In this document: piece by piece, positions 28,792 through 38,400 of the stretch
Numbering within the stretch: the first letter of the stretch is position 1
Layout of the letters: each line of letters opens with the position of its first letter
Source of the DNA: Bacteroidales bacterium
GTDB taxonomy: Bacteria > Bacteroidota > Bacteroidia > Bacteroidales > GCA-2711565
Length of the DNA: 64,000 nt
Assembly: GCA_963664245.1 (NCBI GenBank)
Contig: OY760934.1
Location: forward strand, 2,412,998-2,476,997
Reading direction: 5' to 3'
Notes under the pieces: generated by a model
Database searches by the model: none
What the model was told of the DNA's origin: nothing
Seen by the model: the letters and a program-made list of their open reading frames with translations, nothing else
Position numbers and translations under genes: made by a program

Positions 28792-28956
28792 AATGCTTTA
28801 ATTTCGCGCAAAGATAATAGAATTAACCTTATTTGATAAATTTCTGTTTCAATCAATTTGTTTACGCAAATTTAAAATTTCAAAATTATTTTGTTAATTT
28901 GGAAACCCCTTTAAATAAAATAAGGTATAAGGGGGAAAGGTATCTAATTTAAAATT

Positions 28957-29424
28957 ATGCATTCGTTGAGTTTTTCAAAAGAGAGCCTGAATTTGTTTGA
29001 TGTTGAAAATTTTGTAGAAGATATTTGCGAGAGATTCAATATCCAAAATCAGTTTCGAGGGAATATTATTATCGCATTAAGCGAGATGATTGATTTGTTA
29101 GAGGGTCTTGGTGCAAAGGGACAATTGAGCTTTGTAAAAGATAATGAGTATTTTAAATATGTTTTTTTGATTGAATCAATAACTGAAGATTTGCACTCGG
29201 TATTTGAAATTAATCCGGATCAGTTTTCTTTAGATACGGATTATGGAAAAGGAATATTTTCTATAATGGCTCTGTGTGATGATTTGTTTATTGATGAGGA
29301 TAATGCCAGTATTTCATTGGTGTTTCAAAATAAAAATGAGATTGAACTTTCAAACCACCGTAAAGAATTTTTGACAAAGTATTTAGGAAAAGTAAACGAA
29401 TCTTACCAAAAAACTAATGCCTGA
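28957..29424 (+). CDS. acidic hypothetical protein coupled to ybeY
   Basis: 155-aa ORF that overlaps the ybeY start by 8 nt. I recognise no family with confidence. Confidence 0.6.
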   Translation: MHSLSFSKESLNLFDVENFVEDICERFNIQNQFRGNIIIALSEMIDLLEGLGAKGQLSFVKDNEYFKYVFLIESITEDLHSVFEINPDQFSLDTDYGKGIFSIMALCDDLFIDEDNASISLVFQNKNEIELSNHRKEFLTKYLGKVNESYQKTNA

Positions 29425-29845
29425 TCCGTTAATTTCTTTTTTTGAGGAAGATGTAAGTTACACTCTGAAAGACGTGGATGGTCATACCAGGCTGTTAATT
29501 CAATGCGTTGATAAAGAGGGTGTTAAATGTGGTTTTCTGAACTTTGTTTTTTGTTCAGATCAGTATGTATTGGATTTAAATAAGAAATATCTGGATCATG
29601 ATTATTTTACGGATATTTTAACCTTCGATCAAGGTGACGCTGAAACAATAGCTGGCGATATTTTTATCAGTATTGATCGCGCTATGGAAAATGCTGTTAA
29701 ATTTAAAGTTGCTTTGGAAGATGAAGTCAGGCGTCTGTTAATTCATGGTGTGTTACATTTAGTGGGTTATAAAGATGCAACTGACGAGGAAAAAAGCCAG
29801 ATGCGATCAAAGGAAGATTATTACTTATCTTTGTGGACGATTTAG
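29417..29845 (+). CDS. ybeY: rRNA maturation endoribonuclease YbeY
   Basis: 142-aa ORF with TDILTF..GDIFIS and the metal-binding segment LLIHGVLHLVGYKD. Confidence 0.88.
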   Translation: MPDPLISFFEEDVSYTLKDVDGHTRLLIQCVDKEGVKCGFLNFVFCSDQYVLDLNKKYLDHDYFTDILTFDQGDAETIAGDIFISIDRAMENAVKFKVALEDEVRRLLIHGVLHLVGYKDATDEEKSQMRSKEDYYLSLWTI

Positions 29846-29850
29846 TCTAA

Positions 29851-29866
29851 TGTTTCACGTGGAACA
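29851..29866 (+). promoter_or_regulatory. 16-nt CACGTG-centred box, copy 1 (TGTTTCACGTGGAACA)
   Basis: Imperfect palindrome ending 5 nt before the mnmG ATG. An identical 16-mer occurs at 31749. Confidence 0.4.
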
Positions 29867-29871
29867 GTTTT

Positions 29872-31743
29872 ATGTTTAAAGAATACGATATAATTGTTGT
29901 AGGGGCTGGTCATGCAGGTTGTGAAGCTGCTGCTGCTGCTGCTAATATGGGGTCTTCCGTATTGTTAGTTACAATGAGTATGGAAAATATGGCGCAGATG
30001 TCATGTAACCCGGCTATGGGAGGAATTGCCAAAGGGCAGATTGTACGCGAGCTGGATGCTTTAGGAGGTTATTCAGGCATTGTTACGGATAAAACAATGA
30101 TCCAGTTTAGAATGCTGAATAAATCGAAAGGCCCGGCAATGTGGAGCCCAAGAGCCCAGAGTGATCGAATGTTGTTTACAAGAGAGTGGAGAGATATTCT
30201 TGAAAGTATTCCGAATCTTGATTTTTGGCAAGACATGGTAACCGGAGTTCTTGTAAAGGATAAAAGAATTTTCGGCGTCAAAACAAATATGGGGCATGAA
30301 ATAAGGGCAAAATCAGTTATTCTTACAAATGGCACATTCCTTAATGGAATAATACATATTGGAATGAAGAAATTTGGAGGAGGTCGAATCGGGGAAAAAG
30401 CTTCGAAAGGATTGACTGAGCAGTTGGAAGAAATTGGATTTGAGTCTGACAGAATGAAAACAGGTACACCGGTGCGTGTAGATGGTCGTACCATTGATTT
30501 TTCTAAAATGGACGAACAAAAAGGGGATGAAAATCCAGGAAAATTTTCATTTACGGATACCCCTCTCTTAAAACGTCAGAGAAGTTGTTATTTAACATAT
30601 ACCAGTACTCATGTACATGATATTCTTCGCTTGGGGTTTGATGATTCTCCAATGTTTTCTGGTAGAATTCAGGGTATAGGTCCGCGATACTGCCCTTCTA
30701 TTGAAGATAAAATCGAACGTTTTTCGGATAAGGATCGGCATCAGCTTTTTGTTGAACCGGAAGGATGGAATACGATTGAGTATTATCTTAATGGGTTTTC
30801 TTCATCCTTGCCGGATGATATTCAATTTAAGGCTTTGCAAAAAATCCCTGGTTTTGAAAATGCAAAAATATTTCGTCCGGGTTATGCCATCGAATACGAT
30901 TACTTCCCTCCTGTTCAGTTAAAGTATACTTTAGAAACAAAACTGATTGACAATTTGTATTTTGCTGGTCAAATAAATGGAACCACAGGTTATGAAGAAG
31001 CCGGTGCACAGGGAATCATGGCTGGAATTAATGCTCACTTAAAAAACAATAATAAAGATCCGTTTATCTTGAACCGATCTGAAGCTTATATTGGTGTTTT
31101 AATTGATGATTTAATTACGAAAGGTGTAGATGAGCCGTATCGCATGTTTACATCAAGAGCCGAGCATCGATTATTGTTGCGCCAGGATAATGCAGATGTT
31201 CGTTTAACAGAACGAAGTTTTAATATTGGATTAGCATCTCAGGAAAGATACAGTAAGGTTCTTTGGAAAAAATCATTACTGGAAGGTGTCTTAAAACAAT
31301 TCAAAAAAACAGGAATTGCCCCGGAAGATATTAATGAGTTTTTGGTTTCAATTGGAACCAATCCAATAACTCAAAAAACAAAAGTTGCCAATTTAATTTT
31401 ACGTCCGCAGGTAAAATTATTTGACCTATATAACCGAAACTTTTTTGTTAAATCAATTCTTGATAAATACGAAGGATTAAATATTGATTTAATAGATTCA
31501 ATAGAAACTTTAATAAAATACGAAGGCTATATTATTAAGGAACGGGAATTGGCTCAAAAATTTGAGAAGTTTGAAAATATTAAACTTAAAACGAATTTTG
31601 ACTATCATCAATTAGAATCACTTTCTTATGAAGCCCGGGAAAAACTGAATAAAATAAAACCTCAAACCATTGGCCAGGCTGCACGGATTAGCGGGGTGTC
31701 TCCGGCCGACATTTCAGTTTTGGCAATTTATTATGGAAAATAA
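29872..31743 (+). CDS. mnmG: tRNA uridine-5-carboxymethylaminomethyl(34) synthesis enzyme MnmG (GidA)
   Basis: 623-aa ORF with FAD motif VVGAGHAGCEAA. Conserved blocks MSCNPAMGG, GPRYCPSIEDK, AGQINGTTGYEEA and ISGV.PADI are present. Confidence 0.95.
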   Translation: MFKEYDIIVVGAGHAGCEAAAAAANMGSSVLLVTMSMENMAQMSCNPAMGGIAKGQIVRELDALGGYSGIVTDKTMIQFRMLNKSKGPAMWSPRAQSDRMLFTREWRDILESIPNLDFWQDMVTGVLVKDKRIFGVKTNMGHEIRAKSVILTNGTFLNGIIHIGMKKFGGGRIGEKASKGLTEQLEEIGFESDRMKTGTPVRVDGRTIDFSKMDEQKGDENPGKFSFTDTPLLKRQRSCYLTYTSTHVHDILRLGFDDSPMFSGRIQGIGPRYCPSIEDKIERFSDKDRHQLFVEPEGWNTIEYYLNGFSSSLPDDIQFKALQKIPGFENAKIFRPGYAIEYDYFPPVQLKYTLETKLIDNLYFAGQINGTTGYEEAGAQGIMAGINAHLKNNNKDPFILNRSEAYIGVLIDDLITKGVDEPYRMFTSRAEHRLLLRQDNADVRLTERSFNIGLASQERYSKVLWKKSLLEGVLKQFKKTGIAPEDINEFLVSIGTNPITQKTKVANLILRPQVKLFDLYNRNFFVKSILDKYEGLNIDLIDSIETLIKYEGYIIKERELAQKFEKFENIKLKTNFDYHQLESLSYEAREKLNKIKPQTIGQAARISGVSPADISVLAIYYGK

Positions 31744-31748
31744 TGTAT

Positions 31749-31764
31749 TGTTTCACGTGGAACA
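31749..31764 (+). promoter_or_regulatory. 16-nt CACGTG-centred box, copy 2 (TGTTTCACGTGGAACA)
   Basis: Identical to 29851-29866. It ends 6 nt before the methyltransferase ATG. Both copies are preceded by TAATGT. Confidence 0.4.
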
Positions 31765-31770
31765 TTAGTT

Positions 31771-32649
31771 ATGGAATTTTTAAAAACTTGTCCTGTTTGT
31801 GAATCTAAAGAGCTTGATTTATGTCTTCAGGCCGTTGATAATTTGGTTTCAAAAAAAACATTTAATGTTGTAAAATGTAAAAAGTGTGATTTTATTTTCA
31901 CAAATCCCAGACCAGATATTAATGAAATCTCAGGGTATTATCAATCCGAAGAATATATTTCGCACAATGAAAATCCGTCCTCGTTTTTTGACCGGATATA
32001 TGCTTTAATCCGAAGAAAAAACATTTCTTATAAACTGAATTTAATTTCCGACTTCAAAAAAGAAAATGCTACACTGTATGATTATGGTTGCGGGGTTGGC
32101 TCTTTTTTAAGTGCTGCTCAAAAGGCTGGATGGTTAGTAAACGGATATGAACCCTCAGAAAAAGCTGGAGCTATCGCCAAAGGTTTAGGTGTTGAAATTA
32201 AGTCGCTTGATGAATTAATTGAAGGTAAAAAAAACTTTGATGTCATTACTTTGTGGCATGTGTTGGAACATATTCATGATTTGGATGGGGTGGTAGAGAA
32301 CCTTAAACTTATTCTTAAGCAAGACGGAGTTTTAGTGATTGCAGTACCAATTGCTGATTCGTGGGACGCATTAAAATACAAGGAAGCTTGGGCCGCATTG
32401 GATGTTCCAAGGCATTTGTATCATTTTACGATTTCTTCAATCGGTCAGTTCTTTCGTAAATTTGGTATGCAAATTGTAAATATTCACCCACTTAAATTCG
32501 ATTCTTATTATATTAGTTTACTGAGCGAAAAAGAATCAATACTTAAATATTTTAGAGTACTTATAAATGGTTGGACTTCGAATAGAAAAGCAAGGAAAAC
32601 AAAGAATTATTCCAGTTTAATATTCTTGATACAAAACAAAAAAGAATGA
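31771..32649 (+). CDS. class I SAM-dependent methyltransferase with N-terminal zinc ribbon
   Basis: 292-aa ORF with CPVCES...CKKCDF (CxxC x2), SAM motif I LYDYGCGVGSF and motif FDVITLWHVLEH. Confidence 0.85.
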   Translation: MEFLKTCPVCESKELDLCLQAVDNLVSKKTFNVVKCKKCDFIFTNPRPDINEISGYYQSEEYISHNENPSSFFDRIYALIRRKNISYKLNLISDFKKENATLYDYGCGVGSFLSAAQKAGWLVNGYEPSEKAGAIAKGLGVEIKSLDELIEGKKNFDVITLWHVLEHIHDLDGVVENLKLILKQDGVLVIAVPIADSWDALKYKEAWAALDVPRHLYHFTISSIGQFFRKFGMQIVNIHPLKFDSYYISLLSEKESILKYFRVLINGWTSNRKARKTKNYSSLIFLIQNKKE

Positions 32650-35600
32650 AAAATAATAATCATTTTACAGATCGGAAATCAAGTAAAAATTCATTCAAAC
32701 TAATATTTGTAGCTTTTACCATTTCGGTTATTTTATTATGGTATTTTTCTTCATTGTATTCAAGAAGAACAGATGATTACTTTTCAACTCTACGAATACA
32801 GGAAACATTAATTGAGAAAACTTCCCAGTTAACGAAACTATTTAATCAGTATTGGGCCAACGATTCATTAAGCGAAGATACTTATCAGCAAATTTTTGCA
32901 TTAAAACAGGCATCTGGCAATGATGTTTTTCATTATCGGCACGATTCTCTGTTTTTTTGGACAACAAATATGCTGTCTGTTGAATCAAGATTGTTCAAGG
33001 ATAAAGAGATTGTGAAGCTAAATAATGGATGGTATAAGGTTCTTATCTCAAAAAATAAAGATGAGAAACTGATCGGATTTATTCCCATAAAATTTGAGTA
33101 TTTATACAATAATGAATTTTTGCCTGAAGATTTTAATCCTGATTTCAAAATTGAAAACTCGTACAAGTTATTGTTAAAAAAATCTGAAAATAATGTCTGG
33201 GATGAATCAGGAAACTTTCTTTTTTCTATTCAACGAAAGTCAGGGAAATTGCTCTCAAAATCGGATACATATTTACTTTTCGTCTTGTTTAATCTTTCAT
33301 TAATCTTTTTGTTATTATTGATTGATCGGATTTATAGAAAGTTTGACCGTATATTCAAAATACGTTGGATGATCCCATTTTTGATCCTGATAGATGTGCT
33401 AATTTTAGGATTTTGTATTCAGTATTTTGAAATCCCCCGCATATTATTTGATTCTTTTCTGTTTAAGCCTTATACCTTTGCTTCTTACATTCACTTGTCT
33501 ATTGCATCAATTACAATCAATGCTATTTTAATATTGTTTGTTGTTTTTATTTTATTTGAACGCAAAATTTTCTTTAAGAATATTTTTAGAAGGGATGGTA
33601 TAATTAAGTTTATAACATTGCTGATTCTGAACTTATCGGCAATTGTTTTATTCGAAAAAAATGTTGTAAAAATATTTAAAGATTCAATATTAAGCTTCCA
33701 ATTTGGTCAGGATTTTATTACAGATCCGGGTATTTCTTCCCTTTTATTTTTGCTCTTATTTATTGCTTCTTTAAGTTTTTATTTTCTCCAAAAAGCAATT
33801 ATTGCACAGCTTGCTAATCATTTGAAGTCAACCAAAATATTACTTTTTTCAGTAATAGTTTATTTGCTAATGTTTAGTGCTGTTGTTTACCTGTTTTCGT
33901 TAACAATATATGTCGCATGCTTTTTCATCATTTTTGCTATTGTTTTGGTAAAGAGCAATGGATTAAAATTGTCAGCGGTTCAATTGTTGTTTTTGTTGAT
34001 CCTTTTTTCAGTATATATGAGTACGGTTTCTTCAAAAATTCTTTATGAAAAAGAAATTGCACAACGTTCAAAAATTGCTGAGCGTTTAATAGGAAATCCT
34101 GATATTAGTGCTGAATTAGAGTTTTTAGATATAGAAGATCGCATATATGCAGATATATTATTGTTAAGTAAATCAATAACCCCCCTTTTAATTAAAGATG
34201 AAAATGAAATTGTTGATCGGGTTAGGGAGATTTTTGCAAAAGGATCATGGAAAAAATACACTCCTTACATCACCATTTGTGATGTGCAGAAAGTTTTAAA
34301 TGTACAGCCCGATGACTACCTGATAAGCTGTAAACAATATTTTGAAAATTTAAAAAGTGATTTTGGAACCTCTGATTTAAGTTACCCATTGGTACATTTA
34401 AAAAGCAATAACCTAAATAATTCTTACATTGCAACTTTTTCTTTTAAAAGCTATAATATTTATGTTGAACTGATTGCAGAGATGATTCCGGAAGGAGTTG
34501 GATACACTGAGCTTTTTAACGATGAGTCTTACGAGATTAAAGGCAATGATGTTTTGTACTATTCTTTTGCAAAATATGTTGATAATCGTTTAATATTCAA
34601 ATTTGGTCCGTATTTCTACAATGCCGATTTTGCAAAGTATGACAAATTATTCGGCAACAAAAAACTATTTGAATATGCCAGGTTTAGCCATTTGGTTCAT
34701 CGTTCAAACGAAGGAAATGAAGTATTGATAATTAGCCGCCCAAAGCGTGTTTTTTGGGAAAGGATTGCCCCGTTTTCATACTTCTTTATTTCTTTTTCGG
34801 TATTTACCTTGCTGTTGTCTCTAATCTCAAATCTTTCCTTAGATATTTTTATTATCCCTATAAGTTTTAAAAAGCGTATTCAATTTTCGTTTACCACCAT
34901 CGTTTTGTTTTCCTTTTTTATAATAGGTGGAATAACCATGTATTACATTGTTGAAATTAATCATTCAAAAAATAAGGAAATTTTAGAAGAAAAAGCACAT
35001 TCTGTTTTGGTTGAGTTGGAGCATAAACTATCTGCGGAACAAGACCTTAGCGGTGATATGACAGAGTATTTAAACAATCTGTTAAGTAAATTTTCTTTGG
35101 TATTTTTCTCAGACATTAACTTGTATGATTTAAACGGAAGAATGATTGCAACCTCCCGTCCCAGAATTATAGAAGAAGGTTTGATCTCTCCACTGATACA
35201 CCCTAACGCTTACCACGAATTAACCAAAGGACAATCACTGCTTTATATTCAGGAAGAAAACATAGGGGCATATAATTACCTTTCGGCCTATTTACCATTT
35301 AGAAATACTGATAATGAGCTCGTTGCATATTTAAATTTGCCGTATTTTGCACGTCAAAGTGAGATCCAAAAAGAAATAACAACCTTTTTGGTTGCCCTTG
35401 TCAATATTTATTTGCTATTGTTCATTTTGGCCATAATCATAGCTATAATTATCTCCAGAAATATTTCTAAGCCTTTGGAAATAATTAGAAAAAATTTGGC
35501 AACTTTTAGCTTGGGTGATACAAGTAAAAAAATTGCATGGACCAGAGAGGATGAACTTGGAAATCTAATTCATGAGTATAATCGAATGATTGACGAATTA

Positions 35601-36305
35601 GGCAAAAGTGCCGAATTATTGGCAAAATCTGAACGCGAAGGAGCTTGGCGCGAGATGGCGAAACAGGTGGCGCATGAAATAAAAAATCCGCTCACTCCGA
35701 TGAAGCTTAGTGTGCAGTATTTGAAAAAAATGTGGGATGATAAAACGCCAAATTGGGAAGAACATTTGAATAAATTTACTACAACAATTATTCAGCAAAT
35801 AGATACTTTATCAGAGATTGCTTCGGCTTTCTCAGACTTTGCAAAAATGCCTCAAAAAAAGATTGAAGTTGTTGACATAAAAGATGTTATATTAAAATCA
35901 AAGGGTCTTTTTAAAGAACATGAATTGCTTAAGATTGTATTAAATGATTGCAATGACAACATCAAGATAAAAGCGGATAAAAACCAACTGGTAAGAGTGT
36001 TCAATAATTTGATTAAGAACTCAATACAGTCAATACCAACCGGCCAACAAGGAGAAATCGTAATTGATTGTAAGATCGAAGGAAAAAATGTTATTATTTC
36101 AGTTAAAGACAATGGATCCGGGATTCCTCAAGAACGTGCAGAAAAAATATTTTCACCTAATTTTACTACTAAGTCAAGTGGAATGGGTTTGGGATTATCC
36201 ATTGTTAAAAACATTATTGAAGAAACAGGTGGCGAAATTTGGTTTGAATCAGAATTAAATATTGGTACAACATTTTACATTCAATTACCTTTACATAAAG
36301 AATAA
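32646..36305 (+). CDS. large multi-pass sensor histidine kinase (NtrY-like H-box, HAMP-HisKA-HATPase_c)
   Basis: 1219-aa ORF. It has a long N-terminal region with many TM helices and two extracytoplasmic segments, then HAMP-like IISRNISKPLEIIRKNL. H-box AHEIKNPLTPMKLSVQYL, N-box NLIKNSIQS, G-boxes DNGSGIP and GMGLGLSIV. No receiver domain. Confidence 0.88.
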   Translation: MKNNNHFTDRKSSKNSFKLIFVAFTISVILLWYFSSLYSRRTDDYFSTLRIQETLIEKTSQLTKLFNQYWANDSLSEDTYQQIFALKQASGNDVFHYRHDSLFFWTTNMLSVESRLFKDKEIVKLNNGWYKVLISKNKDEKLIGFIPIKFEYLYNNEFLPEDFNPDFKIENSYKLLLKKSENNVWDESGNFLFSIQRKSGKLLSKSDTYLLFVLFNLSLIFLLLLIDRIYRKFDRIFKIRWMIPFLILIDVLILGFCIQYFEIPRILFDSFLFKPYTFASYIHLSIASITINAILILFVVFILFERKIFFKNIFRRDGIIKFITLLILNLSAIVLFEKNVVKIFKDSILSFQFGQDFITDPGISSLLFLLLFIASLSFYFLQKAIIAQLANHLKSTKILLFSVIVYLLMFSAVVYLFSLTIYVACFFIIFAIVLVKSNGLKLSAVQLLFLLILFSVYMSTVSSKILYEKEIAQRSKIAERLIGNPDISAELEFLDIEDRIYADILLLSKSITPLLIKDENEIVDRVREIFAKGSWKKYTPYITICDVQKVLNVQPDDYLISCKQYFENLKSDFGTSDLSYPLVHLKSNNLNNSYIATFSFKSYNIYVELIAEMIPEGVGYTELFNDESYEIKGNDVLYYSFAKYVDNRLIFKFGPYFYNADFAKYDKLFGNKKLFEYARFSHLVHRSNEGNEVLIISRPKRVFWERIAPFSYFFISFSVFTLLLSLISNLSLDIFIIPISFKKRIQFSFTTIVLFSFFIIGGITMYYIVEINHSKNKEILEEKAHSVLVELEHKLSAEQDLSGDMTEYLNNLLSKFSLVFFSDINLYDLNGRMIATSRPRIIEEGLISPLIHPNAYHELTKGQSLLYIQEENIGAYNYLSAYLPFRNTDNELVAYLNLPYFARQSEIQKEITTFLVALVNIYLLLFILAIIIAIIISRNISKPLEIIRKNLATFSLGDTSKKIAWTREDELGNLIHEYNRMIDELGKSAELLAKSEREGAWREMAKQVAHEIKNPLTPMKLSVQYLKKMWDDKTPNWEEHLNKFTTTIIQQIDTLSEIASAFSDFAKMPQKKIEVVDIKDVILKSKGLFKEHELLKIVLNDCNDNIKIKADKNQLVRVFNNLIKNSIQSIPTGQQGEIVIDCKIEGKNVIISVKDNGSGIPQERAEKIFSPNFTTKSSGMGLGLSIVKNIIEETGGEIWFESELNIGTTFYIQLPLHKE

Positions 36306-36344
36306 TTACTATTAGCATTTTATTAATTTTGCAATAAAAACAGC

Positions 36345-37826
36345 TTGAGCCAGATTAAAAAACTTGCCGGACAAACAGCGGTATATGGAATTTCCAGTAT
36401 TGTTGGACGAATTATTAATTTCCTACTAGTACCCTTATATACGTATGTGCTTGACCCCGAGAATTACGGCTTGCTGATTTTTATGTATTCGTTTGTTGCC
36501 GTGATCAACGTGTTTATGATTTATGGTATGGAAACCGCCTATTTTAGGTATGCAACCTTAACAGATAAGTCAAAGGTTTTTAACACCAGTTTCCTTTCTA
36601 TATTTTCTACTTCCATACTATTTCTTGGAGTCGGGTTTTATTTTTCTTCAGATATCGCTTCATTTTTACTAAGCAGTAATTCTAGCAATTATGTGCAATG
36701 GTTTGTTTTGATTATGGCATTTGATGCTTTGGCCGCCATTCCTTTTGCAAAATTGCGGGCCGACAATAAAGCTTTCCGTTTTGCTTTAATCAAATTCATA
36801 AATATTGGAATTAACCTTGGGTTTAACCTCTTTTTTGTTTTGTTATGTCCGTATGTTGTAAACAATTATTCTGATGGATTTTTGTATACATTGGTTGATA
36901 CAGTATTTAACCAGGAACTTAATTTGGTTTCTTATGTTTTTATTTCGAACCTTATTGCAAGCACCATAACCCTGGTGTTATTATTCCCCGAAATCTTTCA
37001 AATTAAACTCAAATTTGATTGCCTGTTGTGGAAACAGATGATCAAGTATGCTTATCCGATTTTATTAATCGGCTTTGCTTTTGCAATGAACGAAATGTTT
37101 GGACGTATTTTAATGAAATATTTATTGCCCGAGCAAATCGCGCTTCACGAAATAGGGATTTACTCGGCAAGTTATAAGTTGGCCATTTTATTGTCATTAT
37201 TTGTTCAGGCCTTTAGGTATGCGGCCGAACCTTTCTTTTTCGCACAACACAAACTGAGTGCTTCACGTGAAATATATGCACAGGTAATGAAATTTTTTGT
37301 TGTAGTTGTTACCCTTGCTTCATTGGTCATTCTTTTGTACGTGGATGTTATTAAGTTAATTTTGGGAAGCGAGTTTAGGGGAGCCATCAATCTTCTTCCG
37401 ATTTTATTGCTGGCTTACATCTTCATTGGAATTTTCTATAATTTGTCGGTTTGGTACAAGCTTACTAATAAAACACTTTACGGGGCAATTATTGCTCTCA
37501 CAGGAACTGTAATCACAGTTTCTATGAATTACATTCTGATCCCGCTTTATGGATATTGGGGATCAGCATGGGCTACACTTTCCTGTTTTTTTGTAATGAT
37601 GACTATTTCTTTCTTGTGGGGGCAAAAACATTTCAACGTTAATTACGACGTTAAGCGGATTGTATCCTATATTTTACTGGCGGCATTTTTATTTTTCATT
37701 TCAACAAAATTGAATATCGGAAATTTTGTATTGAAGATGCTGGTTCATACCGTATTAATCGGGGTGTTTTTGCTGGCCTTTTATTTTATTGATAAAAAAG
37801 AAATTAAACAAGCTTTTCGTAAATAA
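36345..37826 (+). CDS. MOP-superfamily oligosaccharide/polysaccharide flippase (Wzx/MurJ-like)
   Basis: 493-aa ORF with a TTG start, about 14 TM helices, and N-terminal KKLAGQTAVYGISSIVGRIINFLLVPLYT typical of this family. Confidence 0.8.
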   Translation: MSQIKKLAGQTAVYGISSIVGRIINFLLVPLYTYVLDPENYGLLIFMYSFVAVINVFMIYGMETAYFRYATLTDKSKVFNTSFLSIFSTSILFLGVGFYFSSDIASFLLSSNSSNYVQWFVLIMAFDALAAIPFAKLRADNKAFRFALIKFINIGINLGFNLFFVLLCPYVVNNYSDGFLYTLVDTVFNQELNLVSYVFISNLIASTITLVLLFPEIFQIKLKFDCLLWKQMIKYAYPILLIGFAFAMNEMFGRILMKYLLPEQIALHEIGIYSASYKLAILLSLFVQAFRYAAEPFFFAQHKLSASREIYAQVMKFFVVVVTLASLVILLYVDVIKLILGSEFRGAINLLPILLLAYIFIGIFYNLSVWYKLTNKTLYGAIIALTGTVITVSMNYILIPLYGYWGSAWATLSCFFVMMTISFLWGQKHFNVNYDVKRIVSYILLAAFLFFISTKLNIGNFVLKMLVHTVLIGVFLLAFYFIDKKEIKQAFRK

Positions 37827-37904
37827 GGTTTTCCTTTTCTCATGCCGGACTTCTGACCGGACCAACCCATTTTTTAACTATTTTAGCGGATTAATTTTTA
37901 TGCT

Positions 37905-38339
37905 ATGAATGTAAAGATTGTAAATAAGTCTCATCACGATTTACCGGCTTATGAAACCATTGCTTCGGCAGGAATGGATATGCGTGCTTTTATTCAGGAA
38001 GAAATCACCTTAAAACCCATGGAACGAACATTGGTTCCAACGGGTTTGTTCATTGAACTTCCGGTGGGGTACGAAGCTCAGGTTCGCCCAAGAAGCGGAT
38101 TAGCTTTTAAAAAAGGAATTACGGTATTAAATACGCCGGGAACTATTGACGCCGATTACCGGGGTGAAATAAAAGTCATTCTCGTGAATTTGTCGAAAGA
38201 AGATTTTGTGATCCAGGATGGCGAACGGATTGCCCAGATGATTGTATCAAAACATGAAAAAGTAGATTGGGTAAAGGTAGAGGTGTTGGATGATTCTGAA
38301 CGCGGCTCGGGAGGCTTTGGCCATACGGGCGTGCAATAA
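37905..38339 (+). CDS. dut: dUTP diphosphatase
   Basis: 144-aa ORF with [24 protein letters not shown] and GGFGHTG motifs. Confidence 0.95.
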   Translation: MNVKIVNKSHHDLPAYETIASAGMDMRAFIQEEITLKPMERTLVPTGLFIELPVGYEAQVRPRSGLAFKKGITVLNTPGTIDADYRGEIKVILVNLSKEDFVIQDGERIAQMIVSKHEKVDWVKVEVLDDSERGSGGFGHTGVQ

Positions 38340-38400
38340 TTTAATTATTCTTAAATGCTTGTAAAACCAGTATTTATTCTCTTTTTTGTAGTTGAATTTT

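Noticed and set aside
38392-38400. Alternative TTG starts given by the ORF track: 38392 for the TPR protein, 47132 for the zinc-ribbon protein, and the 46413 extension of queD.
   Set aside because: In-frame ATG codons a few codons downstream (38401, 47153, 46509) give canonical N-termini and avoid overlap with upstream elements.
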